Below, in pieces: positions 47,970 through 58,034 of a stretch of 64,000 bases of DNA. The translations under genes were made by a program, and so were the position numbers. Below the pieces are notes generated by a model, which saw only the letters and a program-made list of their open reading frames with translations, was not told the origin of the DNA and did not search any database. Origin of the DNA: Candidatus Doudnabacteria bacterium RIFCSPHIGHO2_01_FULL_46_24 (GTDB lineage Bacteria > Patescibacteriota > Doudnabacteria > UBA920 > O2-02-FULL-48-8); assembly GCA_001777575.1 (NCBI GenBank), contig MFEL01000010.1, forward strand, positions 84,661 through 148,660, read 5' to 3'. Positions within the stretch are counted from its first letter, which is position 1. Each line of letters begins with the position of its first letter.

Positions 47970-48960
47970 ATCCAATATTATAACACACTTTGTGCCAATT
48001 CCAGGCAGTCGAGACAATGGTATTCAAATCCGAATATTGGGCGGAAAAATTCAGATCTTGTTTGATTTTGGCCACATCCGCCATCAGTTGGGCTGGATCG
48101 CCAGGGCGCCGGTTACTATATTCGATCATGACCATTTTGCCCGTCACTTCCATGACCGCATCCACCATTTGCTTAACCGAATAGCCCACTCCAGTCCCGA
48201 CGTTGTAGGTAAAACAGCCGGAATCTTCATCCAGTTTTTTCAGGGCCAAAACGTGGGCTGCGGCCAAATCGACGACGTGAATGTAATCGCGGACTGCGGT
48301 TCCGTCCGGCGTGTTATAATCGCTGCCGTATATTTTAAGCATCTCGTCCTGCCTCGCGGCGACACGCAAAATCTTCGGAATCAAGTGGGTAACAAATGGC
48401 CGCTTCTCGCCCAAGGTGCCGTCTAAACTTGCACCGCAGGCATTGAAATAGCGCAGGCTGACTGAGGAAAGTTCGTGGGCGGATCCATACCAGCCTAAAA
48501 TTTTCTCAAACATGAGCTTGGTCTCGCCGTAGGGGTTGGTCGGCCTCAAGATGGAAGTTTCTGAAATAGGCAGCCGCTCTGGCTCGCCGTAAACAGCCGC
48601 GGAAGAGGAAAAAATAATTTTCTTGACCCCATGCCTGACCATGACATTCAAAAGGTTAAGCCCGTTGACCACGTTGTTTTGGAAATATTTTTCCGGATAC
48701 AACACTGACTCCTCCACGATGATGGAGCCGGCAAAGTGGACGACTGCGCCAATGTTGTGTTGGGCGAAGATCTTGTCCAAAAGAACCGCGTCGGCTAAAT
48801 CGCCGACAATAAGCTGGCAATTGACCGAATCAGCCGAGCCTGTCGACAGATTGTCCAACACCAAAACATCGAAACCTGCCTTCTGCAGTTCTCTGACGGT
48901 CTGCGAGCCGATGTAGCCGGCGCCCCCGGTCACCAAAATTTTCTTCTTGCCTAAACCCAT
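47917..48960 (-). CDS. galE: UDP-glucose 4-epimerase
   Basis: GGAGYIGS, FSSSAAVYG, YGETK, LRYFN, RDYIHV. Confidence 0.95.
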   Translation of the reverse strand: MGLGKKKILVTGGAGYIGSQTVRELQKAGFDVLVLDNLSTGSADSVNCQLIVGDLADAVLLDKIFAQHNIGAVVHFAGSIIVEESVLYPEKYFQNNVVNGLNLLNVMVRHGVKKIIFSSSAAVYGEPERLPISETSILRPTNPYGETKLMFEKILGWYGSAHELSSVSLRYFNACGASLDGTLGEKRPFVTHLIPKILRVAARQDEMLKIYGSDYNTPDGTAVRDYIHVVDLAAAHVLALKKLDEDSGCFTYNVGTGVGYSVKQMVDAVMEVTGKMVMIEYSNRRPGDPAQLMADVAKIKQDLNFSAQYSDLNTIVSTAWNWHKVCYNIGYDKTLSNHPSLQRRETD

Positions 48961-49120
48961 AAGACCAGTAATAAATGAAAAAACCGAATCGCTTTCGGTT
49001 TTTGTTTGGGTTTGTGTTATTTCAATTTAAGAATAAAAAATAAAAACCAGCTTGGCAAATCAGCCGTTTTAAGCTCATTTACCAAGCTGGGTCTGTTTTA
49101 TCCCCATGACGCGGCCTATA

Positions 49121-49744
49121 TTATATTATGCTTCGTTTGAAACGGTAGATGGAAACAGAAAGTGTTATGCCTAAGGCTAGAATGAAGCTTAGCCAGCCAG
49201 ACGGGCCGCTTTGCGGGGCGTATGCCCCTGCCACATTGCCTGGAGTTTCCCCGGGACTGCCGCCAGCGCTTGATGGCGAAGGGGTTGGCGTCAAAGCCTG
49301 CGCTCTGGCCACTGCCACGCTAGTTTCATTCCCGAACCTCAACTTCATTACCAAATCAGAAGAAGCAGGCAAGTCGTTTTTGACCCTCACCGTGATTTTC
49401 TTCTGGATGGACCCGTTAGCCGGCACGTCCAGCGGCGTCCAAACCAGCGAGCCGGTAGCCGAGTTATAATTAGCCCCTTGGGCATCCACAAGCGTGGATA
49501 ATTCCTGCAAGTCCATAATGCTGGCCTCCACGATATATCCGGCCAGAATCTCTTTGCCAGGATTCTCCACTGTGAGAGCGTAAACCACACTCTCGCCGGG
49601 CTGGACCAAAGCAGCCGAAGGAGAGACGGAAGTCATAGCCTGCGGAAGAGATTTGCTCTTTTGCCGTTGGAGGAAATAAACACCGCCTAGAATCAAGAGC
49701 AAAACCACCAAACCGGCAACGGTTTTCGCAATGTTATTGGGCAT
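49121..49744 (-). CDS. Surface protein with a single DUF11-like domain and an APQSG sorting signal
   Basis: N-terminal TM, PGESVVYALTVEN, C-terminal APQSG + hydrophobic helix + RFKR. Confidence 0.7.
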   Translation of the reverse strand: MPNNIAKTVAGLVVLLLILGGVYFLQRQKSKSLPQAMTSVSPSAALVQPGESVVYALTVENPGKEILAGYIVEASIMDLQELSTLVDAQGANYNSATGSLVWTPLDVPANGSIQKKITVRVKNDLPASSDLVMKLRFGNETSVAVARAQALTPTPSPSSAGGSPGETPGNVAGAYAPQSGPSGWLSFILALGITLSVSIYRFKRSII

Positions 49745-52700
49745 GATTTCGAAGCTTAAATCTGAATTTCTCTTTTCTTAAGGCATATGATGCCACGGTC
49801 AGCGAGGCAAACAAGAGGCTTAGGGCCAAGGTCGCTCCGGTTTTGGGCGCTATGAATTCCCCGCCCACTCGGGGCACGCGCACATCTACGCGATTGCCGT
49901 AGAAGTTGGTCATGACGAAATCCGACGCGGACGGAAACGCGGACCGGACGCGGACTGTAAAGACTTTATCCACCTTACTGCCAGCGGGAACCGTTACTGC
50001 CGGCCAAGACAACTTGTACAAGCCAAGGTTGAAAGTGGCATCGCCAAAAGAGGTTAATTCCGCCAGCTCCAGGATGTCCCTAATGTCATCTTCCACCACG
50101 AAATTTGTAGCCGCTTGATTGCCGCGATTTTCCACCGAGAGAGTATAGACAATGATATCGCCGCTTTGGGCCGTAACAGTCGTCGCATCCACTCCCCTGG
50201 TCTGGTTAAACGCGCGTTTGCTTTGAAGCAAATCAATGTTGCCGCCCAAGACCCGCCCGATTACCGTTACACTCGCCGTGTCAGTCATGGACGTGGCATT
50301 GTCGGCAAACACGGTTGCGGCATTAATGTATGTGGTGTCAACAGACACATTCACAACGGTAACTTCAAAGGTGATATTTCGGCTCGCCCCAATGGCCATA
50401 TCACCCAGACGCAAATCGGTGTTGAATAAATCACCGCTGAAAGAAGTCGAGCCGTCCAGCCTGACAGAACCGCTGTTCAAGCTTAAGGCTGATGGCAAAG
50501 AATCAATCACCCGGACATTGCGGGCTGTTTCTGTGCCGTTGTTGGTCACGGTCATCCTAAACTCCACGCGCTCAGAAGCCCTGGCTGAAACCGAATCAAA
50601 GAATGAGGTGCCGGCGGTCAAGTTCCGAACTTGCTTGTTAAGCGATAGTGAAGCGAGATTGCCGCCCACTCCCTCGCGAGAGACAATGACAATGGCGTTA
50701 TCCGTCACTGATTGAGTGTTGGATGACGAGGCTGTCGCGGTGTTAACCCAGGAACTGGAGCCAACCGGGAAATTGGAAGCGGAAGCCGCGGTCGCAGAAA
50801 TCCTGATTGTCCGGCTGCCGCCGGCTGACATATTGCCCAAACTGAAGGTCAAAGAACCGGTTTGGGTCGTCCCGCTGTCAGGCGTGACGAAGTTGAGATT
50901 GAAGTTCTGAGGCAAGATGTCGGTCATCGTGACATTGTTGGCAGTTGAATTATTAGCGATGACTATGACACGGAATTCCACCTGCTCGCCAGGACGGGCT
51001 GAAATCGATTCAGTGAAAATGGTCTGGCCCTGCGTGGCGTTACGGACGGTTTTCTCAATGCCTAAGATCGGAGGAGGGGGAGGTGGCGGTGGAGGAGGTG
51101 GCGGTGGCGGTGGAGGCGGCGCAACGCCTCGGTTTACAACCACATGCGCGGTATCCGACACCGGACTTACCTCAACAGCCGCTGCTGTGGCCAGGTTAGT
51201 CCAGGTAGATGTGCCGATTGGGAAATTGGACTCAGAAGCGGCAACTGCAATTAGCCGGACGCTTTTGCTGCTTCCTGACGCCATATTCCCCAAATTGAAG
51301 GACAAGGCAGTGGGACCTGAAGTTACCCCTGTATCAAGCACGACAAAAGCCAAGCTGAAGTTGTTCGGTAGGACATCGTTCAAACCAACGCCATTGGCGG
51401 TCACTGACCCAACAGAGGATACCACAACCCTAAATTCTACTTGTTCGCCAGGCGCAGCAGCCACGGAGTCGATAAATCTGATCTGGCCTTGGGAAATGTT
51501 TCTGACGGTTTTTTGAATGCTCAGCGCAGGCAATCCGGGCGGCGGAGGGGGTGGAGGAGGAGGAGGAGGAGGCGCAGTTGTTCTGGTGACTACAACCTGG
51601 GCATTATCCGTAATGGAATTAACATTGGAGGCTGAGGCTGTGGCAACATTGACCCAGGTGGAAGAGCCGACTGGGAAGTTTGCTTCAGAAGCGGCAATCA
51701 CCCGTAAGAAGATGGTCTTGCTCGCTCCCCCGGGCATGTTGCCTAAATTAAATGAGGTCGGAGTGGGACCGGCAGTTACTCCTGAATCAAGCACCACGAA
51801 ATTGAGAGCAAAGTTGTTCGGCAAGGTATCGCTCAAAACCACGTTCTGAGCCGCAGCTGAGCCAGTGGATGTAACTGTGACCCGGAACTCCACGTGCTCT
51901 GCAGGCAACGCGGCCACGGAATCAATGAAAGTGGTTTGACCCTGCGACACGTTTCTCACGGTTTTTTCAATGCTCAAAGCCGGCACGCCAGGCGGCGGTG
52001 GAGGCGGCGGAGGGGGAATAAAAATATCATTATTGGTTGCCGTGCAGGTTTTATGGTCGCCCGCTGCCAAGTTGATTCTACCATTTGAGTCGCACTGCCC
52101 GCTCCAACCAATAAATTCATAACCGGAGCGGTTAGTTTCCGTGGCAAAGTAAATGCCCGGTGATAAAGTCACAGTCTGGCCGCTGCGCAACTCAAGCCCG
52201 CCGACGAACAGTGGAAAATCGGCAGGTTGGGCAGTGCCGCCGTTGTCATTGATGACTTGTTTGAACAAAGTGACTGAAGCTACTCCTGGCGGCGGAGGAG
52301 GTGGCGACGGCACCGGTGTTGGCGGCGGAGGAGGTGGCGGCGGCACAGGTGTTGGCGGCGGAGGTGGCGTTATCGGCGTGACAACCCTTAATTCAAAAGT
52401 CACGAACCGCAAAAATTCATAACAGCCGTTCATATCGCCCAAAGACGCCCCGCTCGAAACCACACTGTCGGAAAATCCGCCAAGCAAAACCGGGCCGCGG
52501 GCATACACTTGTGCCGAGCCGGGAATGTATTCCAGATAATCGCTGATTCCCATGCCCACGAACACGTCGCCGCCTTTCTGGCCGCTGGTGATGGTGGAGT
52601 GATTATTGGCCCAAGCAGAAGCGGCAAGTGTCGCAAATCCTCTGGAAGAAGGAATGTTCGCGGCAATCATGACATTACGCGCCACGTTTTCCGGAAAATC

Positions 52701-53990
52701 CAGATTGCCGTTATGGACATACAGTCTGACGCGGATAACATCGCCTGAGACAGCGGCAACATCACGCGTATAACCGGAGCCTCGCGTGAGATTTTTGGCT
52801 CTCAAAAGCGGGTAGTCGGTGCAGTCTGCCCCTGATTCGGAAATCGGCCAAATGTTTAGAAGCGGCTGCCCTCTGGGCGGGGTTGGGAAACAGCCTGATG
52901 GCGGAGGCGGGGTCGGGCCTGGCGGAGGCGGAGGAGGAGCTGGAGGTGTAACCAAGGGAATCAAAGACGCGTCAAGTTGGGTATTTGAATCAAGGGTAAT
53001 GTGATAATCGCGGCCATAATAATTCGGGTGGCGAAATTCAACGTTGAAGCCGCCATCATGGACATTGGAAAAATTGACCGTGCCGTTGCCGCCAGTAGTG
53101 CCGCGTGTGCCGTGGGAAGGGTTGCTGCGGTCATCAGCCACGAGCAGCACATCCACGCCTGATATCCGCAAGTCAAGCGACGGATCGCCTTCAAAGACTC
53201 TCACGAAAAGCGTGTGGCTTGAACCAGGAGGCGGCGGGGTCGGACCTGGAGGAGGAGGGACAGGTCCTGGCGGAGGTGTGGGGCCCGGAGGCGGAGTCAA
53301 AAAATTCAAAGACGCATCCAGTTGGGTATTGGAATCCAAAGTAATGTGATAATCCCTACCGTCATATCCGGTTTTCCTAATCTCAACATTGAAGCCGCCG
53401 GCATTGACATTGTCAAAATTAAAAGTACCGTCAGAACCGGTAGTCCCGCGCCATCCGTGCGATGGATTGCCGCGGTCATCAGCGACAAGCAGAATGTCGG
53501 CACCGCTTACCCGCCTGTTTAAAGACGGGTCGCCGTCAAAAACGCGGACAAACAAATCGTAAGTGGCATCTGAAGGAGACGGAGGAGGCGTTGGCCCAGG
53601 CGGCGACGCAATTACAAAAATCGAGGCGTCAAGCTGAGTATTGGAATCCAAAGTAATGTGATAATCCCTACCGTCATAGCCAGACTTCCGAACTTCAACG
53701 TTGTAACCGCCTTCATAAACGCCGCTGAAGTAATATGTGCCGTCTCCGCCCGAAGTTCCCCGGACTCCATGCGACGGGCTGTCGCGGTCATCGGCCACGA
53801 GTAAAATATCAGCGCCGGAAAGCCTCTGATCCAAGGACGGATCGCCCTCAAACACGCGCACAAACAAATCGTGCTGGTTGCCGGTTATAGCCGAGCTCGA
53901 CCCAACGAAAGAAACCACGGATGCCAAAACCAAAGCCGCGCCCATGATGCGCGCGATGTTTGATCTGGAAATGTTCTTGATATATTGCAT
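49734..53990 (-). CDS. Large (about 1418 aa) surface protein: three ~90-aa beta repeats, multiple DUF11-like domains, poly-Pro linkers, APKTG sorting signal
   Basis: Signal peptide from MQYIKN; LSIEKTVRN...PGE.VEFRV repeats; C-terminal APKTG-TM-RKEK. Confidence 0.85.
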   Translation of the reverse strand: MQYIKNISRSNIARIMGAALVLASVVSFVGSSSAITGNQHDLFVRVFEGDPSLDQRLSGADILLVADDRDSPSHGVRGTSGGDGTYYFSGVYEGGYNVEVRKSGYDGRDYHITLDSNTQLDASIFVIASPPGPTPPPSPSDATYDLFVRVFDGDPSLNRRVSGADILLVADDRGNPSHGWRGTTGSDGTFNFDNVNAGGFNVEIRKTGYDGRDYHITLDSNTQLDASLNFLTPPPGPTPPPGPVPPPPGPTPPPPGSSHTLFVRVFEGDPSLDLRISGVDVLLVADDRSNPSHGTRGTTGGNGTVNFSNVHDGGFNVEFRHPNYYGRDYHITLDSNTQLDASLIPLVTPPAPPPPPPGPTPPPPSGCFPTPPRGQPLLNIWPISESGADCTDYPLLRAKNLTRGSGYTRDVAAVSGDVIRVRLYVHNGNLDFPENVARNVMIAANIPSSRGFATLAASAWANNHSTITSGQKGGDVFVGMGISDYLEYIPGSAQVYARGPVLLGGFSDSVVSSGASLGDMNGCYEFLRFVTFELRVVTPITPPPPPTPVPPPPPPPPTPVPSPPPPPPGVASVTLFKQVINDNGGTAQPADFPLFVGGLELRSGQTVTLSPGIYFATETNRSGYEFIGWSGQCDSNGRINLAAGDHKTCTATNNDIFIPPPPPPPPPGVPALSIEKTVRNVSQGQTTFIDSVAALPAEHVEFRVTVTSTGSAAAQNVVLSDTLPNNFALNFVVLDSGVTAGPTPTSFNLGNMPGGASKTIFLRVIAASEANFPVGSSTWVNVATASASNVNSITDNAQVVVTRTTAPPPPPPPPPPPPGLPALSIQKTVRNISQGQIRFIDSVAAAPGEQVEFRVVVSSVGSVTANGVGLNDVLPNNFSLAFVVLDTGVTSGPTALSFNLGNMASGSSKSVRLIAVAASESNFPIGTSTWTNLATAAAVEVSPVSDTAHVVVNRGVAPPPPPPPPPPPPPPPPPILGIEKTVRNATQGQTIFTESISARPGEQVEFRVIVIANNSTANNVTMTDILPQNFNLNFVTPDSGTTQTGSLTFSLGNMSAGGSRTIRISATAASASNFPVGSSSWVNTATASSSNTQSVTDNAIVIVSREGVGGNLASLSLNKQVRNLTAGTSFFDSVSARASERVEFRMTVTNNGTETARNVRVIDSLPSALSLNSGSVRLDGSTSFSGDLFNTDLRLGDMAIGASRNITFEVTVVNVSVDTTYINAATVFADNATSMTDTASVTVIGRVLGGNIDLLQSKRAFNQTRGVDATTVTAQSGDIIVYTLSVENRGNQAATNFVVEDDIRDILELAELTSFGDATFNLGLYKLSWPAVTVPAGSKVDKVFTVRVRSAFPSASDFVMTNFYGNRVDVRVPRVGGEFIAPKTGATLALSLLFASLTVASYALRKEKFRFKLRNHAQ

Positions 53991-54063
53991 AGTTTGGAAA
54001 AAAGAGTTGTGGTGACGAAATCCGCCGGCTGGCAGAAAGCTATCGCCACCACGATCCCTTGCG

Positions 54064-55020
54064 TTATGGCGACCCGCCCGGATTGGTGGGCCGACCATCT
54101 CCTCCTTTGATGGGCTCCCGGTTAATCCGCCTAAAACCTCGATCCTTATCCAGGAGCGCCCAGGCAACGCCGGCCCCAAGCGGCGGGACCCAGCAGCGCC
54201 AGGCATACTTGCCGCAGACACTGCCTCTGCGCTCGTTGACGTACGAGTCACGGATCCGGTACACCTCAGGTGCGCCTTCCGGGATCCGGACAACCAAGCG
54301 TTGCGTCTGGTCGCGGAAGCCCTTGACTTCTCCGAGTTCCCTGATGACAAGCGCGGATCCAGGCTCGACGCCGACGAAGGTGATCTTCGTGCCGTCGAAA
54401 TGGCCACGGATCTTGTCTCTTTCACTCGGCTGGCCGATGAAGGTAACTGAGCTCCACCCCTTGGGCGGATCCAGTTCCTTGTCGCCCTTGAGCCAGAGTT
54501 TGGGGATGAGCACGGTTACGAGCCTCTGAGGCTCAGGAGGCGGCGGTGGCACGAGCGGCGGAGGAACCACGATTGGCTCCTCTCGGATGACTACTGGCTC
54601 CGGCTTGACCGGAATGCTGACCGGCCGCGAATTGCCGCACTGCTTGCCGTTTGACGACCCATAATCGAACAGGTCGCGGCCTTGGGCGTCCTGCGCCACT
54701 TGGGTCCCTTTCGGCCGCAGCACCCAGCGATCCCCATTGCGAGTCCGCATCCAGGTACACTCGTCGTACTCTTGGGTGCGAACCGAAGCGACCTTGACGC
54801 GGCTGGTGTACCGCATCAAATGGACATCGAGCGGCTCGTAGTATTCCTGCGCCACGCATGCCTTGAGATCAGGCAGCGACGGCGGAAAACTGACGAGGCT
54901 CGACGGATAGCCGCGGTAACGGTCATCCGGCGCGATATCCGAAGACTGCGCTAGCGCGAGAACGGGCAGCAGTGCGAACAGCACTGCAGCCGCGACGATC
55001 AACCGTACATGCTGTCGCAT
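54064..55020 (-). CDS. Secreted hypothetical protein (GC-rich, SD-led)
   Basis: Signal peptide ...VLALA-Q, SD ggaggg, Pro-rich linker; TTGACA-N18-TATGAT promoter at 55098-55127. Confidence 0.75.
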   Translation of the reverse strand: MRQHVRLIVAAAVLFALLPVLALAQSSDIAPDDRYRGYPSSLVSFPPSLPDLKACVAQEYYEPLDVHLMRYTSRVKVASVRTQEYDECTWMRTRNGDRWVLRPKGTQVAQDAQGRDLFDYGSSNGKQCGNSRPVSIPVKPEPVVIREEPIVVPPPLVPPPPPEPQRLVTVLIPKLWLKGDKELDPPKGWSSVTFIGQPSERDKIRGHFDGTKITFVGVEPGSALVIRELGEVKGFRDQTQRLVVRIPEGAPEVYRIRDSYVNERRGSVCGKYAWRCWVPPLGAGVAWALLDKDRGFRRINREPIKGGDGRPTNPGGSP

Positions 55021-55244
55021 CTGTGCCCCTCCAAGGTCAGAAATCTAACTTAGGTTGTGAAAATGCCCCGCTCAAAGATACCTGAGCAGAACAGCCTATC
55101 ATACACTAACAATGCTCCTTTTGTCAACCCGCGAATTTAGCATATTGGCCTGATTGCTTATGCTCAATGGCTGAAGGCCACATATTAGCTGGCGTTTTTA
55201 GCTCTTTTTAGACAAATCGTCAATAAATTGTGGATGTAATAACA

Positions 55245-55283
55245 AAACACCTCAACCGGAGTTGAGGTGTTTATTTTGGCTAA
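55245..55283. terminator. Terminator-like hairpin, inverted near-identical copy of 7684-7722
   Basis: aaacacctcaac-cgga-gttgaggtgtttattttggctaa. Confidence 0.75.
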
Positions 55284-55284
55284 T

Positions 55285-56733
55285 CTAAGCCTTTTTTGCT
55301 TTCTTCAAACGCCGCTGGCCAAAGATCACCCCGCTGCCCACAGTCAGGGCTGCCAGGATAAGGCTCAAGATAGACGAGGGGCCGGTTCTGGGAGCCACAA
55401 ATTGGGTGCTGGCTACGACAGAGGTGCCGGCCACAGCGGCAACATTAATGTTCGTGATGTTTCCAAAGTTGTTAGTCATCACGCGGTCGGTGGCTGAAGT
55501 GTTTCGAACTTTGATTGAGAATCTTTTTTCCATCTTGCTGGAAGCAAGAATATCCGCCGGCTGCCATTTGAGCTTCAAAGTTCCCAGAAAAAATTCCGCG
55601 CCGTTGAAATCCACCAGGTTGGAAAGCTGCAAGACATCTGACAAATCATCCCAAACGACATACGCCTGGGCCGTGCCGTTCCCGGTATTCTGGGCGGTGA
55701 GGGTATAGACGATGAGGTCATTCGGTTGGGCCGTCACTTCTGTGGCATTGCGGTTCTGCGTTTGGTTGAAAGCCTTGTGGCTGAGTACGATATTGATCGA
55801 AGTTCCGGCAACTGATCCGCCGCTCATCGCACCCTGGATGGAAACCTGGGCGCCGTCAGCCCGAACCGACCCGTTATCCATAGTCAGAGTCACAGTATTG
55901 GTAATCATGCTGCCGGTATCTATGCTTGGGATAATAATAACTTCATAGGTAATAACTCTGGTCTGGTTTTTGGCCAGATCACCTAACAGGAGATGGGAAT
56001 TGAACAAATCGCCAAAGAACGTATCCATACCCGCAACCTTCAGGGTGCCGGGAACAAACTTAAGGTTAATCGGCAGAATTTTATTGATGGCTTTAAGGTT
56101 GACTGCGGTGTCGCCGGTATTGCTGATGGCGGTTCTAAATTCCAGCTTATCGCCCAGGCGGGCTGGAATCAATTTGCCAAAAGCCGTGCCTTGCGTGACG
56201 TTGCGGCCTTCCATGGCGACCGCAATCAGCGGGTTGGCATCCCTGGTCACCTGAATCGCCACTGAGTTTATCAGCGGCAGTGTTGATTGAATTATATTGT
56301 CAGCCGTAGCGCTGGCAGTGGATGCATAAACGTTTTGCCCCGTGGGGAAATTGTCCGCGGTCCCTATGCGGGCCAGGAAAGTGCTGAAGCTGTTTGCCCC
56401 GACGGCTAAATTGCCAAAGTTGGTCAGATCGGTCCCGGAAACGCGGGTGATGCCGGCGGGCAAAGAAATTTGCACTCTGGCATTGGTCGCCACATTCCCG
56501 CCCGCATTGCTCAACTGTACGCGAAACTCAAGCTGATCGCCGGGTTTGCCTCCAATGCCAAAGTCAAACTCGGTCTGACCAAAAGTGACGTTTCTGGCCT
56601 GATACTGCAGGAATAATTTTGTTTGCGGGGCGGTTTGGGCGCCTGCCAAGCTGAAGCTGCCGGCTACGGCGAGGATTAATGCCAGACCAACCGGGATGGC
56701 GATTTTGTTTTTGAGTGGCTGAGTCTTAATCAT
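55285..56733 (-). CDS. Surface protein with three DUF11-like domains and an APRTG sorting signal
   Basis: Signal peptide, PGDQLEFRV repeats, C-terminal APRTG-TM-RRLKK. Confidence 0.82.
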   Translation of the reverse strand: MIKTQPLKNKIAIPVGLALILAVAGSFSLAGAQTAPQTKLFLQYQARNVTFGQTEFDFGIGGKPGDQLEFRVQLSNAGGNVATNARVQISLPAGITRVSGTDLTNFGNLAVGANSFSTFLARIGTADNFPTGQNVYASTASATADNIIQSTLPLINSVAIQVTRDANPLIAVAMEGRNVTQGTAFGKLIPARLGDKLEFRTAISNTGDTAVNLKAINKILPINLKFVPGTLKVAGMDTFFGDLFNSHLLLGDLAKNQTRVITYEVIIIPSIDTGSMITNTVTLTMDNGSVRADGAQVSIQGAMSGGSVAGTSINIVLSHKAFNQTQNRNATEVTAQPNDLIVYTLTAQNTGNGTAQAYVVWDDLSDVLQLSNLVDFNGAEFFLGTLKLKWQPADILASSKMEKRFSIKVRNTSATDRVMTNNFGNITNINVAAVAGTSVVASTQFVAPRTGPSSILSLILAALTVGSGVIFGQRRLKKAKKA

Positions 56734-56791
56734 AAGTTTTCTCCATCCCCGCGAAAGCCGACCTATCGGCGGGCAGGCGGGGGTCTAATTA

Positions 56792-57934
56792 TTATAAACT
56801 TTGCAAAATAGCGGTCACAACCAACCTGTCCTTGGCGGTGCCGATAGGCCAGCAGGTAGAGAGGTTGAGCTTGGCCGCGGAATTGTCAACAAACTGGGTT
56901 TGGTCATCGGGCCGATAGATGTTTTCCGAAACCACCTGGTAACGGTAGTTGTAAAGCTTGCCGTCAATGCCGTAGATATCAACGAACACGTCATCCCCCG
57001 GCTCAAGCGCATTAAGCCTGGCGAAGACTTGCTTGTACGGGTGCTTTTTCCAAGGGTAGTCCGAGGAGTGGCCGGAAATATAAACAGTCCCCTGCTCGCC
57101 GGGCATGGCCGTGCCGGGATAATGCACCACCCCTTTAGTTAAGTCAACCTCAAAATCTTTGGGGTCCTTGGTCCAGACAATAGGCACTTGCAAATTGAGT
57201 TTGGGGACGGACAGCCGGCCTTCTTTATTTACATCATACGAAATTTTGGTGGAACCCAAAACGTTCGGCGCTGTGGCGGGCATGAAATTAGTCGCGACAT
57301 TGAAGCTTAAGCGGTTGGAAATTTTGATCAAATCCAGCGCAGCCGCCAGCTTGCTTTGTTTGTCCGTCACCGCTCCCTCTCCCCAAAAATTGGTGCCATT
57401 GAGCACTTCCACTCCGTCTGTCATGCCGTCATTGTCCGAATCGGCCACGATCGGATTGGTACGAACCAAAAATTCGTCCAAATTGGAAAGTCCGTCGCGG
57501 TCAATGTCCTCAGTCGGCTCCAGCGCTTGCCGGTTGCCGACGGCAAAATAATATCCGCCCATCCACGCATAATATTCGCTCAGATCTTCTCCCAAAATCT
57601 GCTCGTCTTCCGGGGGCGCAAACCATCCCTGGACTTGGCTTACCAGGGCCGGGAAATTGAGAGCAGAATAAAAAAACAAAAAAGCGGCGATAAAGATGAT
57701 CGGATAAAATACGAAACTGGAACGCAGTAAGTTGGCTAGCAGCGAGCGGTCAGTCTTGATTGAAACGTGCAGGAGTTCTGGCTGCTCCTCAACCGCTTCC
57801 TGCTCCACAGGTCTGGGTAATCCCTCAGGGGCTTTTTCTGCGGCTTTCCCGCCCACTGTCAAATTTTCGCCGATGTTCAACAATCGGTGGATTTCTGAGG
57901 GGTAATACTCGGGAATGGGTAAATCGTTCATCAT
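56792..57934 (-). CDS. Sortase with Ca-binding DxDxDG repeats
   Basis: TM anchor, DIDRDGL/DSDNDGM, GVVHYPGT..PG, GHSS, LSTCWP...R catalytic His/Cys/Arg. Confidence 0.9.
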   Translation of the reverse strand: MMNDLPIPEYYPSEIHRLLNIGENLTVGGKAAEKAPEGLPRPVEQEAVEEQPELLHVSIKTDRSLLANLLRSSFVFYPIIFIAAFLFFYSALNFPALVSQVQGWFAPPEDEQILGEDLSEYYAWMGGYYFAVGNRQALEPTEDIDRDGLSNLDEFLVRTNPIVADSDNDGMTDGVEVLNGTNFWGEGAVTDKQSKLAAALDLIKISNRLSFNVATNFMPATAPNVLGSTKISYDVNKEGRLSVPKLNLQVPIVWTKDPKDFEVDLTKGVVHYPGTAMPGEQGTVYISGHSSDYPWKKHPYKQVFARLNALEPGDDVFVDIYGIDGKLYNYRYQVVSENIYRPDDQTQFVDNSAAKLNLSTCWPIGTAKDRLVVTAILQSL

Positions 57935-58034
57935 AAAATTAAATGTAGCGCAACGTATAAGGTTAGCACAAAAGCTTGAGTTTGTCAATACTAGAGCAAA
58001 TAGGTTAATATTTATATGGGTGAAGCTGATAAAA

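Noticed and set aside
51070-53600. ggcggagg-rich repeats as a possible CRISPR or DNA-level array
   Set aside because: They are codon-periodic poly-proline linkers with no repeat-spacer structure, and no cas genes are present.
53991-54425. N-terminal 145 aa of the 1563-aa ORF
   Set aside because: It overlaps the SD-led gene 54064-55020 in another frame; the signal peptide starts at ATG 53990.
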